Below are positions 12,740-25,479 of a DNA stretch of 64,000 nucleotides, piece by piece; position 1 is the stretch's first letter; the number at the start of each line of letters is the position of its first letter. Source of the DNA: Felis catus (lineage: Eukaryota); assembly GCF_018350175.1 (NCBI RefSeq), contig NC_058368.1, positions 140,742,001 through 140,806,000 of the forward strand, given 5' to 3'. A program made the position numbers and the translations under genes. The notes beneath the pieces are model-generated. The model saw nothing but the letters and a program-made list of their open reading frames with translations. It made no database searches and was not told where the DNA came from.

Positions 12740-13194
12740 CTGCTTTAGTGTGAAGTGTTCCAGAGGCAGATCCTGAGGGTACAGATAGTTTATCTTGGAA
12801 ATACAGGGAACACCTCTAGGGAAGTAGCCAAATGCTACAGGATGGTACCGCAGCCACCAGAATGTATACTATTGACTGAGTTAGCGCAGAGGGTGACTGG
12901 AGCCTAACACAGGGGGCAACTCTGGGGGCCTGTTAAATGATCCCACTCGGGCACGGGAGCAGATGTGTTTATACACCAACATCTGCTGTGTATTGGCTGA
13001 GTGCTGCTTCTAGGGTCGCCGATACTCATTCCCCGGCCCTTCGGGACCTCTGAGCAGGACCACATTTAGGAAAGTGACCTTCTGGTTTCAAACAAAACCC
13101 TCAGTGTAGAGATGGACAGTTGGAAGTCAGCCAGAGGATAATGAATCAACAAGGTCCGAGGAATGCAAGCAGGGCACTGACGGCATCTACTGCA
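12740..13194 (-). mobile_element. ERVL solo LTR (LTR16-like)
   Basis: TTCCAGAGGCAGATCCTGAG...TAGTTTAT at one end, TTTATACACCAAC...TATTGGCTGAG internally, GGGCACTGACGGCATCTACTGCA at the other end. Confidence 0.7.
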
Positions 13195-14310
13195 TTCTAT
13201 TAATTCCAAAACTCACTTGAGCCCTCGTGAAATGCTTTAACACAGTACATGGAACATAATTGAACCTTTTCTTAGTGGTTAAGCAGCATCATAAAGAGCA
13301 TTAGTTATTTTAGCCTGCTGTGGCATAGCTACTGTTGAGGTGATGGAATGATTTGCCTTCAACAACACGGTTGTAGGCCTCTTGAAACTTGTGTGAGCTC
13401 TTGCTTCTGCTTCGCCTAGTTCTCCTGTCTCTTCCCCCTTCTCCTGGGGGTGAGGTCGGGTGCCTGCCTGCAGCAGCACCACTCCTTCTCAGCAACAGGA
13501 TCGAGTCTGCTGGGAGCGGAAAGCGGAGACATAATCAAGCTTGTTGGAAGTATAATTGGAAAAAAAGGAAAAAGATGGCGATACAGCCAAGAGATTCCCT
13601 GTGAGTGTTCTGAAAAGGCCTTGTGTGTCATTTGGCTCATCAGAAACCATTTCTGCCTCTTCCTTAAAACTTGGCTTGAAGTTGTGACCTGTTGAAGAAA
13701 TGACTTTGGGACAAGTACAAGGTCTCACTTCTGACGTGACCAAATGCATTTGCCTTCTTGACTGAGGCCCAGACAAGAGCAGCTACCATACGTAATCACA
13801 GCAGAAACATGTAACAGAGCCGAAGAGGGCCCCATAAAGAGAGACTGGCTTTATTACAGGCAAAGTGGGAAGGACACGCCTGAGTTATGAAGACACATCT
13901 TGGAGAATCACTGGAGCCAGCTCTAAAAGCACATGATGTGATGTGGACTCCTGAGAAGTCATGGAGCAGACTTTGTAGGTAGCCACAGAAGAATTCGTTC
14001 ACATGAGGCCTAAACACTCAAACTCTTTATTTACATAGAAATGTTAGCAGAATCATAGGTTTCCATTGTCTCCACTCATATTGAAGAAAAGGAACATGCC
14101 AGTGAAACTACTCTTATGTAGCAGATAAATCTTACAAGCATCTCTAGACCATTTAGGAAAACAGATGTCAGTTACAACCTCATTACCAGGGCCGCAAATT
14201 ATCAAGTAAGACAACCTATTACAAGCCTCTATTTAGAGATGAAAGGCCATGACAGAAATTTCTGAAGACAAAGTATCTCATAAGACTCCCTTGTTCAAAT
14301 ACTATGTCCA

Positions 14311-14420
14311 GGCGCTCCTGGCTGGCTCCATCAGTGGAGCATGCGACTCTTGATCTCAGAGTTATGAGTTTGAGCCCCACACTGGGTGCAGAGATCACTT
14401 AAAAATAAAATCTTAAAAAA
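14311..14420 (+). mobile_element. Short CAN-SINE
   Basis: GAGCATGCGACTCTTGATCTCAG...AGAGATCACTTAAAAATAAAATCTT. Confidence 0.88.
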
Positions 14421-14778
14421 CATCCAAACACAAGTTGGTAATAATCATAAACAACCACTACATCTCTACACTGAACAGGAGAACAAGATTGATTTCTGTA
14501 AATGGTGTCAGTTGAACAGTTTATTGGATAACATTCTTAGAATTAGTTTGAGGATATAGAATTGGTATCTCTTCCTCTGCAGCTGTAGGGAACAGGCAAT
14601 ACCATGTCATTCTTCTCCTTCTGAATTTTTTTTTTTTTTTTTTTTTTTGGTCTACTGGTTAAGAAGACTTGAAATTTTAAAGTTTAGACTGCAGAATATC
14701 ATTAGATTAATTTATTAGGAAGAGTAAAGTCTGAGGAACTCAACTTTTGTTAGAAGTAATTAAGAAAGAACAGAAGAA

Positions 14779-15000
14779 GGGCGCCTGGGTGGCTCAGTCG
14801 GTTAAGCATCCGACTTCGGCTCAGGTCATGATCTCGCGGTCTGTGAGTTCGAGCCCCGCATCAGGCTCTGTGCTGACAGCTCAGAGCCTGGAGCCTGTTT
14901 CAAATTCTGTGTCTCCCTCTCTCTGACCGTCCCCCATTCATGCTGTCTCTCCCTGTCTCAAAAATAAATAAACGTTAAAAAAAAATTTTTTTTAAAAAAA
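14779..15000 (+). mobile_element. CAN-SINE
   Basis: Full length; TSD AAGAAAGAACAGAAGA. Confidence 0.96.
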
Positions 15001-15404
15001 GAAAGAAAGAACAGAAGAGGATGTATGCAAAATGGAATAAGGGTTTGCAGTGTCCTAACACAGAATTGATGTGGCTATTTTGTTTTGGAACAAAGTCATC
15101 AGTCATATTGAAGGTTAAGAGTCAAAGCTGCAAATTGTAGCACAGACACTAACCCAGTGTTGCCCTACTCAGAGGACGGGGTAGAAGATAGGGTGAGTCA
15201 TGGGCAAGCGTGAGTCTTGTTAACCACAGTCTCCCACACAGCTTGCCATCAGCGGCAACTTCTCTCAACAGGAAAGACAGTGGTGGTGATGGACAAGGTC
15301 AGTAGGTTGGTGGTGTATTGGTTTACTACCTAGTCAGTTCTAAAATGAAACCTAGGAAAAGCACAAAAAAGACTACCACGTGTCTTTTTGGGAAGAAGGA
15401 ATCA

Positions 15405-16172
15405 TTGTGGAACTAGTAGTGATGGTTACACAACGTTATGAACATACTAAAAACCACTGAATTACATACTTTTAAATGGTGAATTTTATTGGGAATGCAA
15501 GCTGGTGCAGCCACTCTGGAAAACAGTATGGATGTTCCTCAAAAAACTAAAAATAGAGCTCCCCTACGACCCAGCAATTGCACTACTAGGCATTTATCCA
15601 AGGGATACAGGTGTGCTGTTTTGAAGGGACACATGCACCTCCATGTTTATAGCAGCACTATCCACAATAGCCAAAGTATGGAAAGAGCCCAAATGTCCAT
15701 CGATGGATGAATGGATAAAGAATATGTACAATGGAGTAGTACTCGGCAATCACAAAGAATGAAATCTTGCCATTTGCAACTACGTAGATGGAACTGGAGG
15801 GTATTATGCTAAGTGAAATTAGTCAGAGAAAGACAAACATCATATGACTTCACTCATATGAGGACTTTAAGAGACAAAACAGATGAACATAAGGGAAGGG
15901 AAATAAAAATAATATAAAACCAGGGAGGGGGACAAAACAGAAGAGACTCATAAATATGGAGAACAAACTGAGGTTTACGGGAGGGGTTGTGGGAAGGGGG
16001 ATGGGCTAAATGGGTAAGGGGCACTAAGGAATCTACTCCTGAAATCATTGTTGCACTATATGCTAACTAATTTGGATGTAAATTTTAAAAAATAAAAAAT
16101 AAAATTATAAAAATAAATATTTTTAAATGGTGAATTTTATTTTGTCTGAATTTTATCTCAATAAAAATAAAA
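15405..16172 (+). mobile_element. Old L1M 3' end, split by the younger insertion at 15491-16124
   Basis: GTGATGGTTACACAAC...ACCACTGAATT...TTTAAATGGTGAATTTTAT [insert] ...ATCTCAATAAAA. Confidence 0.75.
15491..16124 (+). mobile_element. Carnivore L1 3'-end insertion (~630 bp), copy A
   Basis: ORF2 C-terminal remnant, 3' UTR and A-rich tail; 17-bp TSD AAATGGTGAATTTTATT at 15474-15490 and 16125-16141. Confidence 0.95.
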
Positions 16173-16489
16173 TTGTAAAGAAGAAAAAGTTCAAGGGATC
16201 CTAATGCACCACTGTGGTTGAGAGCCAGTAATCTAGGGGATTACTAGGATGATTGGGGATCAGTATACTGATTTTTCCTTCTGCCTTGGGCTCTGATGTG
16301 GCTCCATATAGCACTATTAACTGATCCTGTCATTATTTAAATGATATTTTGCTCATTATGAATTTTTTTCCATTACTTTTGATTATTTTACAGTATTATA
16401 TTGACATTATTTGCTGTGACTTATTGATTATTGTTTCTGCACTCCCTGAAATTTTGCATGCTGATCCCAATCTTGAGACTGAAGGAAAT

Positions 16490-16712
16490 GGGGCACCTGG
16501 GTGGCTCAGTCGGTTGGGCGGCCGACTTCGGCTCAGGTCATGATCTTGCGGTCCATGAGTTCAAGCCCCGCATCGGGCTCTGTGCTGACAGCTCAGAGCC
16601 TGGAGCCTGTTTCAGATTCTGTGTCTCCCTCTCTCTGACCCTCCCCCGTTCATGCTCTGTCTCTCTCTGTCTCAAAAATAAATAAACGTTAAAAAAAATT
16701 TAAAAAAAAAAA
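16490..16712 (+). mobile_element. CAN-SINE
   Basis: TSD GAGACTGAAGGAAATG(G). Confidence 0.96.
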
Positions 16713-16739
16713 GAGACTGAAGGAAATGGATGTAGGGAG

Positions 16740-17300
16740 TCCTCAATATATGGGCAAATTGAAACCATGGATGTGAATGAGATTGCAGGGGGAGAGAACA
16801 TAGAGCAGAAAAGAGAGAATATTAAGGCCAGAGTTTGGGGGAGACATTTGGATTTAAGGGTCAGTAGAAGGAGAAAGAAAATCCATAAGAGAGACCTGTA
16901 GTCAATGAGGAAGCAGGAAAACCAGAAGACAGGGCTGTGATAAAGAGCAAGGCAGACAAGCTTCCAAGAGAGGATGTCACATGCTCTAGAGGATTCAGAT
17001 AGGATGCCATCCAGGAAAAGGTATTTGATGGGGCCAAGGGACTTGGGGTGGGCTGTTCCCAGGACCTCTAAGAGCAGTGGCAGTGAAGTAGGAACAGAGA
17101 GGCCTTGGGGGAGAGAAGGAGGTCAGCAGCTTCTGATGGGAAGAAGAGAAGGTGCTGGAAAAAGAGACAGACTTGAATTGAGATTATAATGTATTTTAGG
17201 ATGAAAAAGCTCTGAACAGGTTTGTAGAAAGAAAAAGAATGAAGACCTAGGCAAGGAGGAAGCTTTGAAGGAGTGAGAAAATCAGGAGGAGGACTATGGC
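16740..17300 (-). mobile_element. L2 LINE fossil
   Basis: Purine-rich degenerate L2 motifs such as TGAAACCATGGATGTGAATGAGATT and GGAAAACCAGAAG. Confidence 0.5.
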
Positions 17301-17399
17301 TCTCCCTAAGGAGGGAAGACAAGCCACCAGCAGAACCCTGAATGGACCTGAGGAAGAGACAGTGCATGTGCTCCTCCTCCCTTAAATGAACCTGCCACA

Positions 17400-18340
17400 G
17401 TTAGGAACCAAAATCTATAAAGAGTTTACCAAACTCAACACCCCAAAAACAAATAATCCAGTGAAGAAATGGGCAGAAGACATGAAGAAACACTTTTCTA
17501 AAGAAGACATCCAGATGGCCAACAGATACATGAAATGATGCTCCATGTCACTCCTCATCAGGGAAATACAAATCAAAACCACACTGAGATACCAACTCAC
17601 ACCAGTCAGAATGGCTAAAATGAACAACTCAGAAAATGACAGATGTTGGCGAGGATGTGGAGAAATGGGAACCCTCTTCCACGGTTGGTGGGACTGTAAA
17701 GTGGTGTAGCCGCTCTGGAAAACAGTGTGGAGGTTCCTCAAAAAATTAAAAATAGATCTACCCTATGACCCACCAATTGCACTACTAGGTACTTATCCAA
17801 AGGATACAAAAGTGCTGATTCAAAGGGGCACAGGCACCCCAATGTTTACAGCAGCCCTATTGACAATAGCCAAAGTATGGAAAGAGCCCAAATGTCCATC
17901 CACTGATGAATGGATAGAGAAGATGTGGTATATAAGTCTATATACAATGGACTACTCAGCAATGAAAAGGAATGAAATCTTGCCATTTGCAACAAGGTGG
18001 GTGGAATTGGAGGGTATTATGCTAAGGTGAAATAAGTCTTTCAGAGAACGACTGATAACATATGATTTCACTCACATGTGGAATTTGAGAAACTTAACAG
18101 ATTAACATAGGGGAAGGGAAGGAAAAATAAGATAAAAACTGAGAGAGAGGCAAAACCATAAGAGACTCTTAAATGCAGAGAACAAACTGAGGGTTGATGG
18201 AGGTAGGGTGGGGAAAATGGGTGACAGGCATTAAGGAGGGCACTTTTCAGGATGAATCACTGGGTTCTACTCCTGAAACCAAGACTATACTGTGTATTAG
18301 CTGACTTGAGAATTAAAAAAGAAAAATTAAAAAAAAAAAA
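17400..18340 (+). mobile_element. 5'-truncated carnivore L1 (~940 bp)
   Basis: ORF2 C-terminal peptide [15 protein letters not shown]...[16 protein letters not shown]; poly(A); 16-bp TSD AAATGAACCTGCCACA at 17384-17399 and 18341-18356. Confidence 0.96.
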
Positions 18341-19277
18341 AAATGAACCTGCCACACAAGCCCAGACCCTGGAAATTACCACGGGCATCCTTATTCTGCT
18401 CCTGAAGTCTTTCTGGGCTCCACCAACTTTTCCCGCTTCCAGATCTCATTCTTGGCTCTTCTGGTGTTGTGGCCTCTCCTGGGCCCCCAGGTTGCTCTAG
18501 GAATTGCTCTCTGGGCTTTTATTTTTGTTGTTCCTCTTGAGAACTGCACCCTCACTACACCTTAGAATCTGCTTGCCATGTTCCCAAGTGGGCAACACCC
18601 CAATATCAGGGTCCCAGACCTTTTCTCAGTCAAGCCTGCCTGTCACCCAGCTGCCTGTCACCTGGTGTGAATGTGTGTGTGCTGGGGAGGGAGGACATTT
18701 GCTTAGTATGACTTCACCCCTGAGGACCCCATTTCTCACTAAAGCAGAAGGCCCAGTAGTCATGTTGGTGCTGGGACAAACAACAGCAGGGAAGGGGCTT
18801 GTGGAGAGCCTCCCGACCTGGGATCCACAATCCAGCGCCCCAAGCACCAAGCTGGACCCAGAAATAGTAGTTATGGCTTTTCCCCCACAGCATTAAGGAA
18901 GAAACTCCAGTGCAGGAATTTGGGGTAGAAAGGATTTGTGGGTGGGGACTAGCAAGTCCAGGGTCCTAGTTGGACCAGGGGTAAGGAAATGGAGGGGTGA
19001 ATGAGAAGGTAAGTAAAATGGTTGCCACGGAGTCTGAACAAGTTAGAGAAGTAAAGGAAGCAGGAGGGCAGATGGGTTGGGAAGATGGGCAGGAAACAAG
19101 GGACACAGTGGTAACCACAGGGTCAAAGAGGGGCTTTGATGGGGAGGAAGGATGGTGTGAACAGCAAAGGCAAAAGGAAGAGTCCCACGTTTCAGAGTTG
19201 GAGCAGTTGGAGACACAATGAGGCGGCATTGTAGAACCAGGAGCTGAGGTTAAAGGCCAGAAGCGAGGTAGGACCCA

Positions 19278-19490
19278 GGCTGCCTGGGTGGCTCAGTAGG
19301 GTAAGCGTCAGACTTCAGCTTAGGTCAAGATTTCCCAGTTCGTGAGCTCGAGCCCTGAATTAGGCTCTGTGCTGACAGCTCAGTCCTGGAGCCTGCTTCA
19401 GATTCCATGTCTCCCTCTCTCTCTCTCTGCCCCTCTCCTGCTCATGCTCTCTCTTTGTCTCAAAAATAAATAAACACTGAAAAAAATTGT
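19278..19490 (+). mobile_element. CAN-SINE
   Basis: Head, CT tract and tail. Confidence 0.93.
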
Positions 19491-19599
19491 TAAAGAAGAC
19501 GACGCGGGGAAGGACCAAGGAGCGGTGAGGTTGGGTTAGTGGCAGGTGCACAGGGGAAGCAGTACAGGTAGCAGTTAAATGTTCTACACACCCACAGGG

Positions 19600-19770
19600 C
19601 CCACACTTTGAATTTCGTTTTCATCTTGACTAGTCTTGTGTCTTTAGAGAAGTCACTGAAGTTCATTGAGCCTTGGTTTCCTAATGTATAAAATGGGAAG
19701 CATAATACCTGCACTCACCACACTGTTTTCAGGATTAAAATGAGAACATACGTGTAAAATCCAACCCTGG
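19600..19770 (+). mobile_element. MIR
   Basis: AAGTCACT...TGAGCCTTGGTTTCCTAATGTATAAAATGGG...AGGATTAAAATGAG core. Confidence 0.75.
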
Positions 19771-19877
19771 GAAGATCGTGAGATATGGTCAATACTGCTG
19801 CTCTACAGACTTCCTTCCCCTGCCCCAGAGAATAAGAGATGCCAGCTAAAATGAACTGGAAGGATAGCTAAGAAAAT

Positions 19878-20185
19878 TGCAGTGGATATTTTTGGTCACC
19901 AGCCCCACATCCGTTCTTCTTTTTTTTTTTTTTTTTCTTCCTAATAGTTCTCTGATTCTTATCAAGTTTTATAAAGCGCTCCCCACCCCACGCAGCCTAT
20001 GGGTTTCAGGGAAGGCTGATTCCGACCCCAGCCCCAGGAATGGGTCTGGTAATCTAAAAGTAATCCAGGCCCCTGGACCCAGAGGTTACTCAGCAAGAGG
20101 TGTGTGCCCTGATTCAGGCCAAAGACCAGTGATACACAAAGGAAGTATCCTAGAAATTTCTGGGAAAGAAGTTTCCTGGGTTTTA
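19878..20185 (+). mobile_element. Old MaLR (MLT1-like) LTR fragment
   Basis: TGCAGTGGATATTTTTGG start, GGAAGGCTGATTCCGACCCCAGC, TGATTCAGGCCAA. Confidence 0.5.
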
Positions 20186-20915
20186 AAAGGAATTATCTTC
20201 TCTTCCACCACGTGTTGCATTTTGTGCATGTGAAGGCCGTGCTTTCATAAACTGCTTTCTGTTTCACCTTTTTAAAGGCTGAATCCAGCTCCAATCATGT
20301 TTGTCCTCAAGACTTGTGGCTTCAAATAAGCACAAAGAGGCCAAGGATTTCCTATCCCAGTATCCCACAAACCTAAGGATAGATACAGGAGCTATGCTGA
20401 ATAAATACATTAGTGTTTTCATTTCTTTCAAATAAAAAGTGTGAGGGCTCTTTGCTGGGTCTGGATTCAGCTTTGTGGGTGACTAGGGGTAAGCACACCA
20501 TGACACCCTGCTCTCCCCTTTCTCCCCACTGCAGCTCATGGACTCCCTCCCTAGCAGCACCTGAGAGCAGTGCTGTTATTACTGAATCTCCTCCAGATGG
20601 CAGGTGGCCAGTCTCTCCCAGAGTTCTGCCATGTATGCTTACAGGAGGGACCAAGCACTGACCTCAGAGATGGTCTAGGGCAAAGACCTCTTTATAGGTG
20701 GATTTTGGAAACTCAAGTTCACATAAACCAATTAATGAAAGATATACCAGTGGTGACAGGTCTTCTGGCTCTTGGTCCAGTATTGTTCACTCTGTTACTC
20801 GCTTGTCTTAGAAACAAAACTGGGCTCATTTTTGAAGTAGCCAACCCAGCTTCCCATTGACAGCAGGAGCTTCCCCAGAATCACTTTCTCAAAGCCTTTT
20901 TTAAAATGGTATTTT

Positions 20916-21165
20916 GGGGGCACCTGGATGGCTCATTTGGTTGAACATCCAACTCTTGATTTCAGCTCAGGTCATGATCCCAGAGTTGTGGGATCGAGCC
21001 CCGCGCTGGGCTCTGCCCTGGGCATGGAGCCCACTTAAGACTCTCTCTCTCTCTCCCTCTGCTCCTCCTGCACTCACATGTACATGCTTTCGCTCTCTCT
21101 GTCTCTCTGTCTGTCTCTCTCTGAAATAAATAAATACACACACACACACACACACATACACATAT
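20916..21165 (+). mobile_element. CAN-SINE with (CA)n in its tail
   Basis: Head and CT tract; flank TGGTATTTT repeated on both sides. Confidence 0.93.
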
Positions 21166-21504
21166 ATTGGTATTTTTAAACTATACTTTTAACATTAAAA
21201 ATAAAACAAAATTTTAAGCAAATAGAACAATCCTGGAGTTACATCTTTTTATGTTTTCAGAGCAATTCTGTGTGATCTGGTTTTCTCATTAGGGAGAAGA
21301 CTATCCCTCCGCCTATAGAACCACAAAGTGTGCCTGGTGTATGTCTGTGCATGCTAAAGTAGAATGCTATCTGCCTGAGGCTCTCTGTACAGACCCATGA
21401 TTGAGGCCATCACAATGACTGGTGTCAGAATGACCTAGAATTCGCAGCATCTCACGTCAGTTCAAAGGCAAATAGTTTAGAGTCAGATCAGGAACCACAC
21501 AGTA

Positions 21505-21615
21505 GAAGCACCTGGGTGGCTCAGTCAGTTGAGTGTCTGACTCTTGATCTCAGGGTCGTGAATTCAAGCCCTGTGTTGGACTCCATGCTGGGCGGGGAGC
21601 CTACTTAAAAAAAAA
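21505..21615 (+). mobile_element. Short CAN-SINE
   Basis: Head plus GAGCCTACTTAAAA end. Confidence 0.88.
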
Positions 21616-23054
21616 CAACAACATACACACACTGAAGAATGTGATTTTTTTTTCCATCCTCCTTCCTGCTTCCGCTAAGACTTACTAAAACCACCAGGGA
21701 GGAAGGAAGAGAGGGAGGATAGCAACTTTTATTAGGTGAGACTGTAAACTGACAGATATGCCCTGATATGTAGGTTTCGTTTTATATAACATTTCACACA
21801 TTTTGCACTTGGTGAACCCTCAAGCTGTCTATTCCTCTGTAAAACAAATGACAAAGCCTCAAAAGTACCAAAGATCTGATCTACATGGTGACACCCACAA
21901 AGAGCTCGACATCCAGATACCGCTTAGCTGTTGTTGAAACTGAACTCCTGAGTCCTCAGTTACTCTCCACCTGCTTTGTGGTAGGGTAGGGACAGGGTTT
22001 CAAGTTGCACATCTGACAGACTCAGGCCAAGGTAAGATAGTGCAAGCGCAGAAAACTCTGCCAAGATTCGTTTTTAAAGCAACAGGTTTCTGTCCCACAA
22101 ACTGATGTTGTTCCAAAGGTCATCCGTTCACGGTCCAGAGGCCACTTGGCTTTTTCTAAACCACTTTGCAGATGACCTAACTTAGGAAAGAATCTCATGC
22201 CCCGAGTCCATTTCTTTCAGGGAACATTTACTTAGCATTTGAATGAGTTGGCTTCCCAGGAGGGCCAGTGGTTTAACCTTGGCCTCTGTTCTGTTGTGGA
22301 CTGCGGGTTGTTCAGGCTGTTAGTCTAACCTTTGAAGCCCTCTGTTAGGTTCTCAGGATGGAGGCGCAGAGTCCTGGAGCTCTGTGTCTCTGTACATACT
22401 CTGGCTGTTGAAAGCTGCTAACATATAAGCATACATTGCACCCCCACCACTACCACCAGTTGAAATGGCAGCAGGCAAAATTTGGGGCAAAAGAGTCCAG
22501 ACTGTAGAATCTGCAACTGTTGGTAAATAGCCAGAACGTGGGTTTGTTCACTGTTTGGGTCTAGGGTCAGCAGGGCGATTTACGTTCACTTACTTGGTTT
22601 TCTTTCCTCATACGGAGTACCTTTCTAGAGTTGGTGCGGAGCCACATTGGGTATGCAGAAGGGTGACTCTTGTCTGAGGACTGCTGTAGTGAACACAGTC
22701 TTTAAAAATGGTCACTCATTCCAGGATTGAGACCTGATCAGTACCTACGATACTATACAAATGACTAAAATAGAAGAGTGCCTGACTATCCAAGGATCGA
22801 TTTTCAGTTCCACAGAGCAGAGCAGAATTCTCCAAAGGGAGAGAGACACAAGTGTCCCAGAAGTATTAGAACCTGGAACCAGCAAGTCGTTTTCAGTTTT
22901 CCAGTCTGAGAAGGAGCCCAGCAGAGTTGAGTGTAGCTGATAGCAGCAGTCTTCCTTAACCAGCATCTGATGGGGCTTGTACCTTCTTCCACTGATAAAG
23001 AGGAGTGTTCCCCCAGACCATTCAAAGAGTTTCTACATCACTCAGCCCAATTCT

Positions 23055-23268
23055 TAAAAATCTTTTTAATGTTCATTCATTTTTGAGAGAGAGAAAGAGC
23101 GTGAGCAGGGGAGGGGCAGAGAGAGAGAGAGAGACACAGAATCTGAAGCAGGCTCCAGGCTCCAAACTGTCAGCCCAGAGCCCAACAGAGGTCTCAAACT
23201 CATGAACTGCGAGATTATGACCTGAGCTGAAGTTGAACGCTTAACCGACTGAGCCACCCAGGCACTCC
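23055..23268 (-). mobile_element. CAN-SINE
   Basis: Minus-strand copy; TCAGCCCAATT flank repeated. Confidence 0.93.
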
Positions 23269-23461
23269 AAATCAGCCCAATTTTTCTTTCCTCTCCGAGC
23301 AATGCAACGTCCACATTCCTCCAAAAGTGACATGCTTTTCCACCCCACTTGAACCTTCTACGGGTGTCAATCCCAGTTTCTTTACCGGTGCCAATCCCAG
23401 TTAATTTGTGGGTGAGATTGCTCACCAAGGATCTGGCTAAAAGAATAACAGAGCACTGGCT

Positions 23462-23650
23462 TGAGTACTTCAGATAACTTGATTCAACCCCACAACAGCC
23501 CCAGCGGTAAATACTCTCATTATTCCCATATTGCTGAGAAAGACAGTGGGTTCAGAGAGCTTAATACATTTCCTAAGGAGACACATCTGAAGGGAGCAGG
23601 GACAAGTTTTGAGTCCCAGGAAGCCTAAACCCAGGCTTCTCTTCTGCACA
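23462..23650 (-). mobile_element. MIR
   Basis: CACAACAGCCC...ATTATTCCCAT...TCAGAGAGCTTAA...TTTGAGTCCCAGG. Confidence 0.7.
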
Positions 23651-24014
23651 AACTGTAGTATTCTGAGAAGGTTCTTGTTTGAGCTCAACAGGTCTGTACC
23701 ATCACAGGCCATGTGGTGTCTCCGTCCTCTTATCCTTTTTCCTCTATGGGAACCATGTCCAAGTATCTGCAGTCAGTCGTGCAGCTTGTCCTGACATCAT
23801 TTGACATAATCCCATCATTTACCTATTAAGTCCCCTGGCTCTTCTCTAATGTACTCCAAGTACAGTTTGGAGCCCAGGGAATCAAAACACGGAGGGAAAT
23901 GTGGGCCCAGCATGCTCTGGATAGAACCCAATTAAAATGTGGTCATGCCAGCAATTTACAATAGGCATATATTATTTTAAGAAGATTATTATCAAGTTAA
24001 AAACACAATATTCA

Positions 24015-24247
24015 GGGGCGCCTGGGTGGCGCAGTCGGTTAAGCGTCCGACTTCAGCCAGGTCACGATCTCGCGGTCCGTGAGTTCGAGCCCCGCGTCAG
24101 GCTCTGGGCTGATGGCTCAGAGCCTGGAGCCTGTTTCTGATTCTGTGTATCCCTCTCTCTCTGCCCCTCCCCCGTTCATGCTCTGTCTCTCTCTGTCCCA
24201 AAAATAAATAAACGTTGAAAAAAAAATTAAAAAAAAAAACAAAAAAC
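24015..24247 (+). mobile_element. Young feline CAN-SINE
   Basis: CpG-intact with young diagnostics; TSD AAACACAATATTCA(G). Confidence 0.97.
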
Positions 24248-24406
24248 AAACACAATATTCAGATAGACTTACAGAAAACTAACAATTCTCTGCTAATTTA
24301 TCTGTAGATCACTGGTATAATTAAAGAAGTCGAGTACTGTTATTCTGTACCCCTTATATTTATAGTCCTTATAATATTATTTGTAGCTTTTATAAGAAGG
24401 CTAACT

Positions 24407-24650
24407 GGGGCTCCTGGGTAGCTCAGTCACTTAAGCATCCGACTCTTGATTGCAGCTCAGGTCATGATCTTATGGTTCATGGGTTCAAGCCCTGCATTGG
24501 ACTCCATGCTGACAGTGTAGAGCCTGCTTGGGATTCTCTCTCTTTCCCTCTCTCTCTACCCTTCCCAGGTTCTCTCTCTCTCTCTATCTCTCTTCCTCTC
24601 TCTCTCTCTCTCTCAAAATTAATAAAATAAACTTTAAAAAAAATTTTAAA
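24407..24650 (+). mobile_element. CAN-SINE
   Basis: TSD AAGAAGGCTAACT. Confidence 0.94.
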
Positions 24651-24825
24651 GAAGGCTAACTCTCTTTGATCTCAAGAAAGTTTCCTTTCCTAAATATGAA
24701 AAATTCTGACTGATCCTTAGTCCTTCCAAGAAAGGTAAGATCCATGACATTTACACGTGCTCTGTGGGAGACTAAACATTGCCATTTTTTTTAATAGTCC
24801 AGCTACCTTTTAAGACTGACTTCCT

Positions 24826-25035
24826 GGGCACCTGGGTGACTCAGTCAGTTAAGCATCCGACTTCAGCTCAAGTCATAATCTCATGGTTTATGGGTTCAAG
24901 CCCCGCACTGGGGCTCTGTTCTGACAGCTCAGAGCCTGGAGCCTGCTTCAGATTCTGTGTTTCCCTCTCTCTCTGCCCTCTCCTGGTCATGTTCTCTGTC
25001 TTTCTGAAAAATAAATAAACATTTAAAACAAAAAA
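24826..25035 (+). mobile_element. CAN-SINE
   Basis: Head, body and tail. Confidence 0.93.
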
Positions 25036-25363
25036 AGCTTTTGTTCAAAAAGACAAATTATTAGAATTGACAGTGAAAGAGTCCTGTGAATCATAATGAC
25101 TTTGCTAGTTGGCAAATTAGCAAATTTGAAAATTAGCAAATGAGAAATTATTTATTTCTCATTGGCTTTGCTCTTTAGTTGGTGGTGTAAACCCAAGTAT
25201 CTATTTTGCTCTTGGAAATTATAAACTTATCAAGAATGGGAACAATGATTTCTCTATAGAATGCATTTTCAGGAAGCCTGTGGATTAATAACTGCTTGTT
25301 CTGAGAAATAACCAGGGTTGTACCCTCTAACCTGTAGGAGTTATGCATTCCTTGTATATTTCT

Positions 25364-25479
25364 CCTTCCTCCCCCTCCTCCTCCTCCTCCTCCTCCTCCT
25401 CCTCCTCCTCCTCTTCTTCTTCTTCTTCTTCTTCTTCTTCTTCTTCTTCTTCTTCTTCTTCTTCTTCTTTTTCTTCTTC
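25364..25479. repeat. Compound (CCT)~13(CTT)~19 microsatellite occupying an L1 tail
   Basis: Read directly; lies between the left TSD and the 3' end of the minus-strand L1. Confidence 0.95.

Noticed and set aside
12958..12987. 9-bp-stem hairpin AGCAGATGT...ACATCTGCT
   Set aside because: Short and inside a degenerate LTR; a few such stems are expected by chance.
17415..18030. ORFs with L1 ORF2 C-terminal similarity as functional CDS
   Set aside because: 5'-truncated, interrupted L1 remnants without endonuclease or reverse transcriptase domains.
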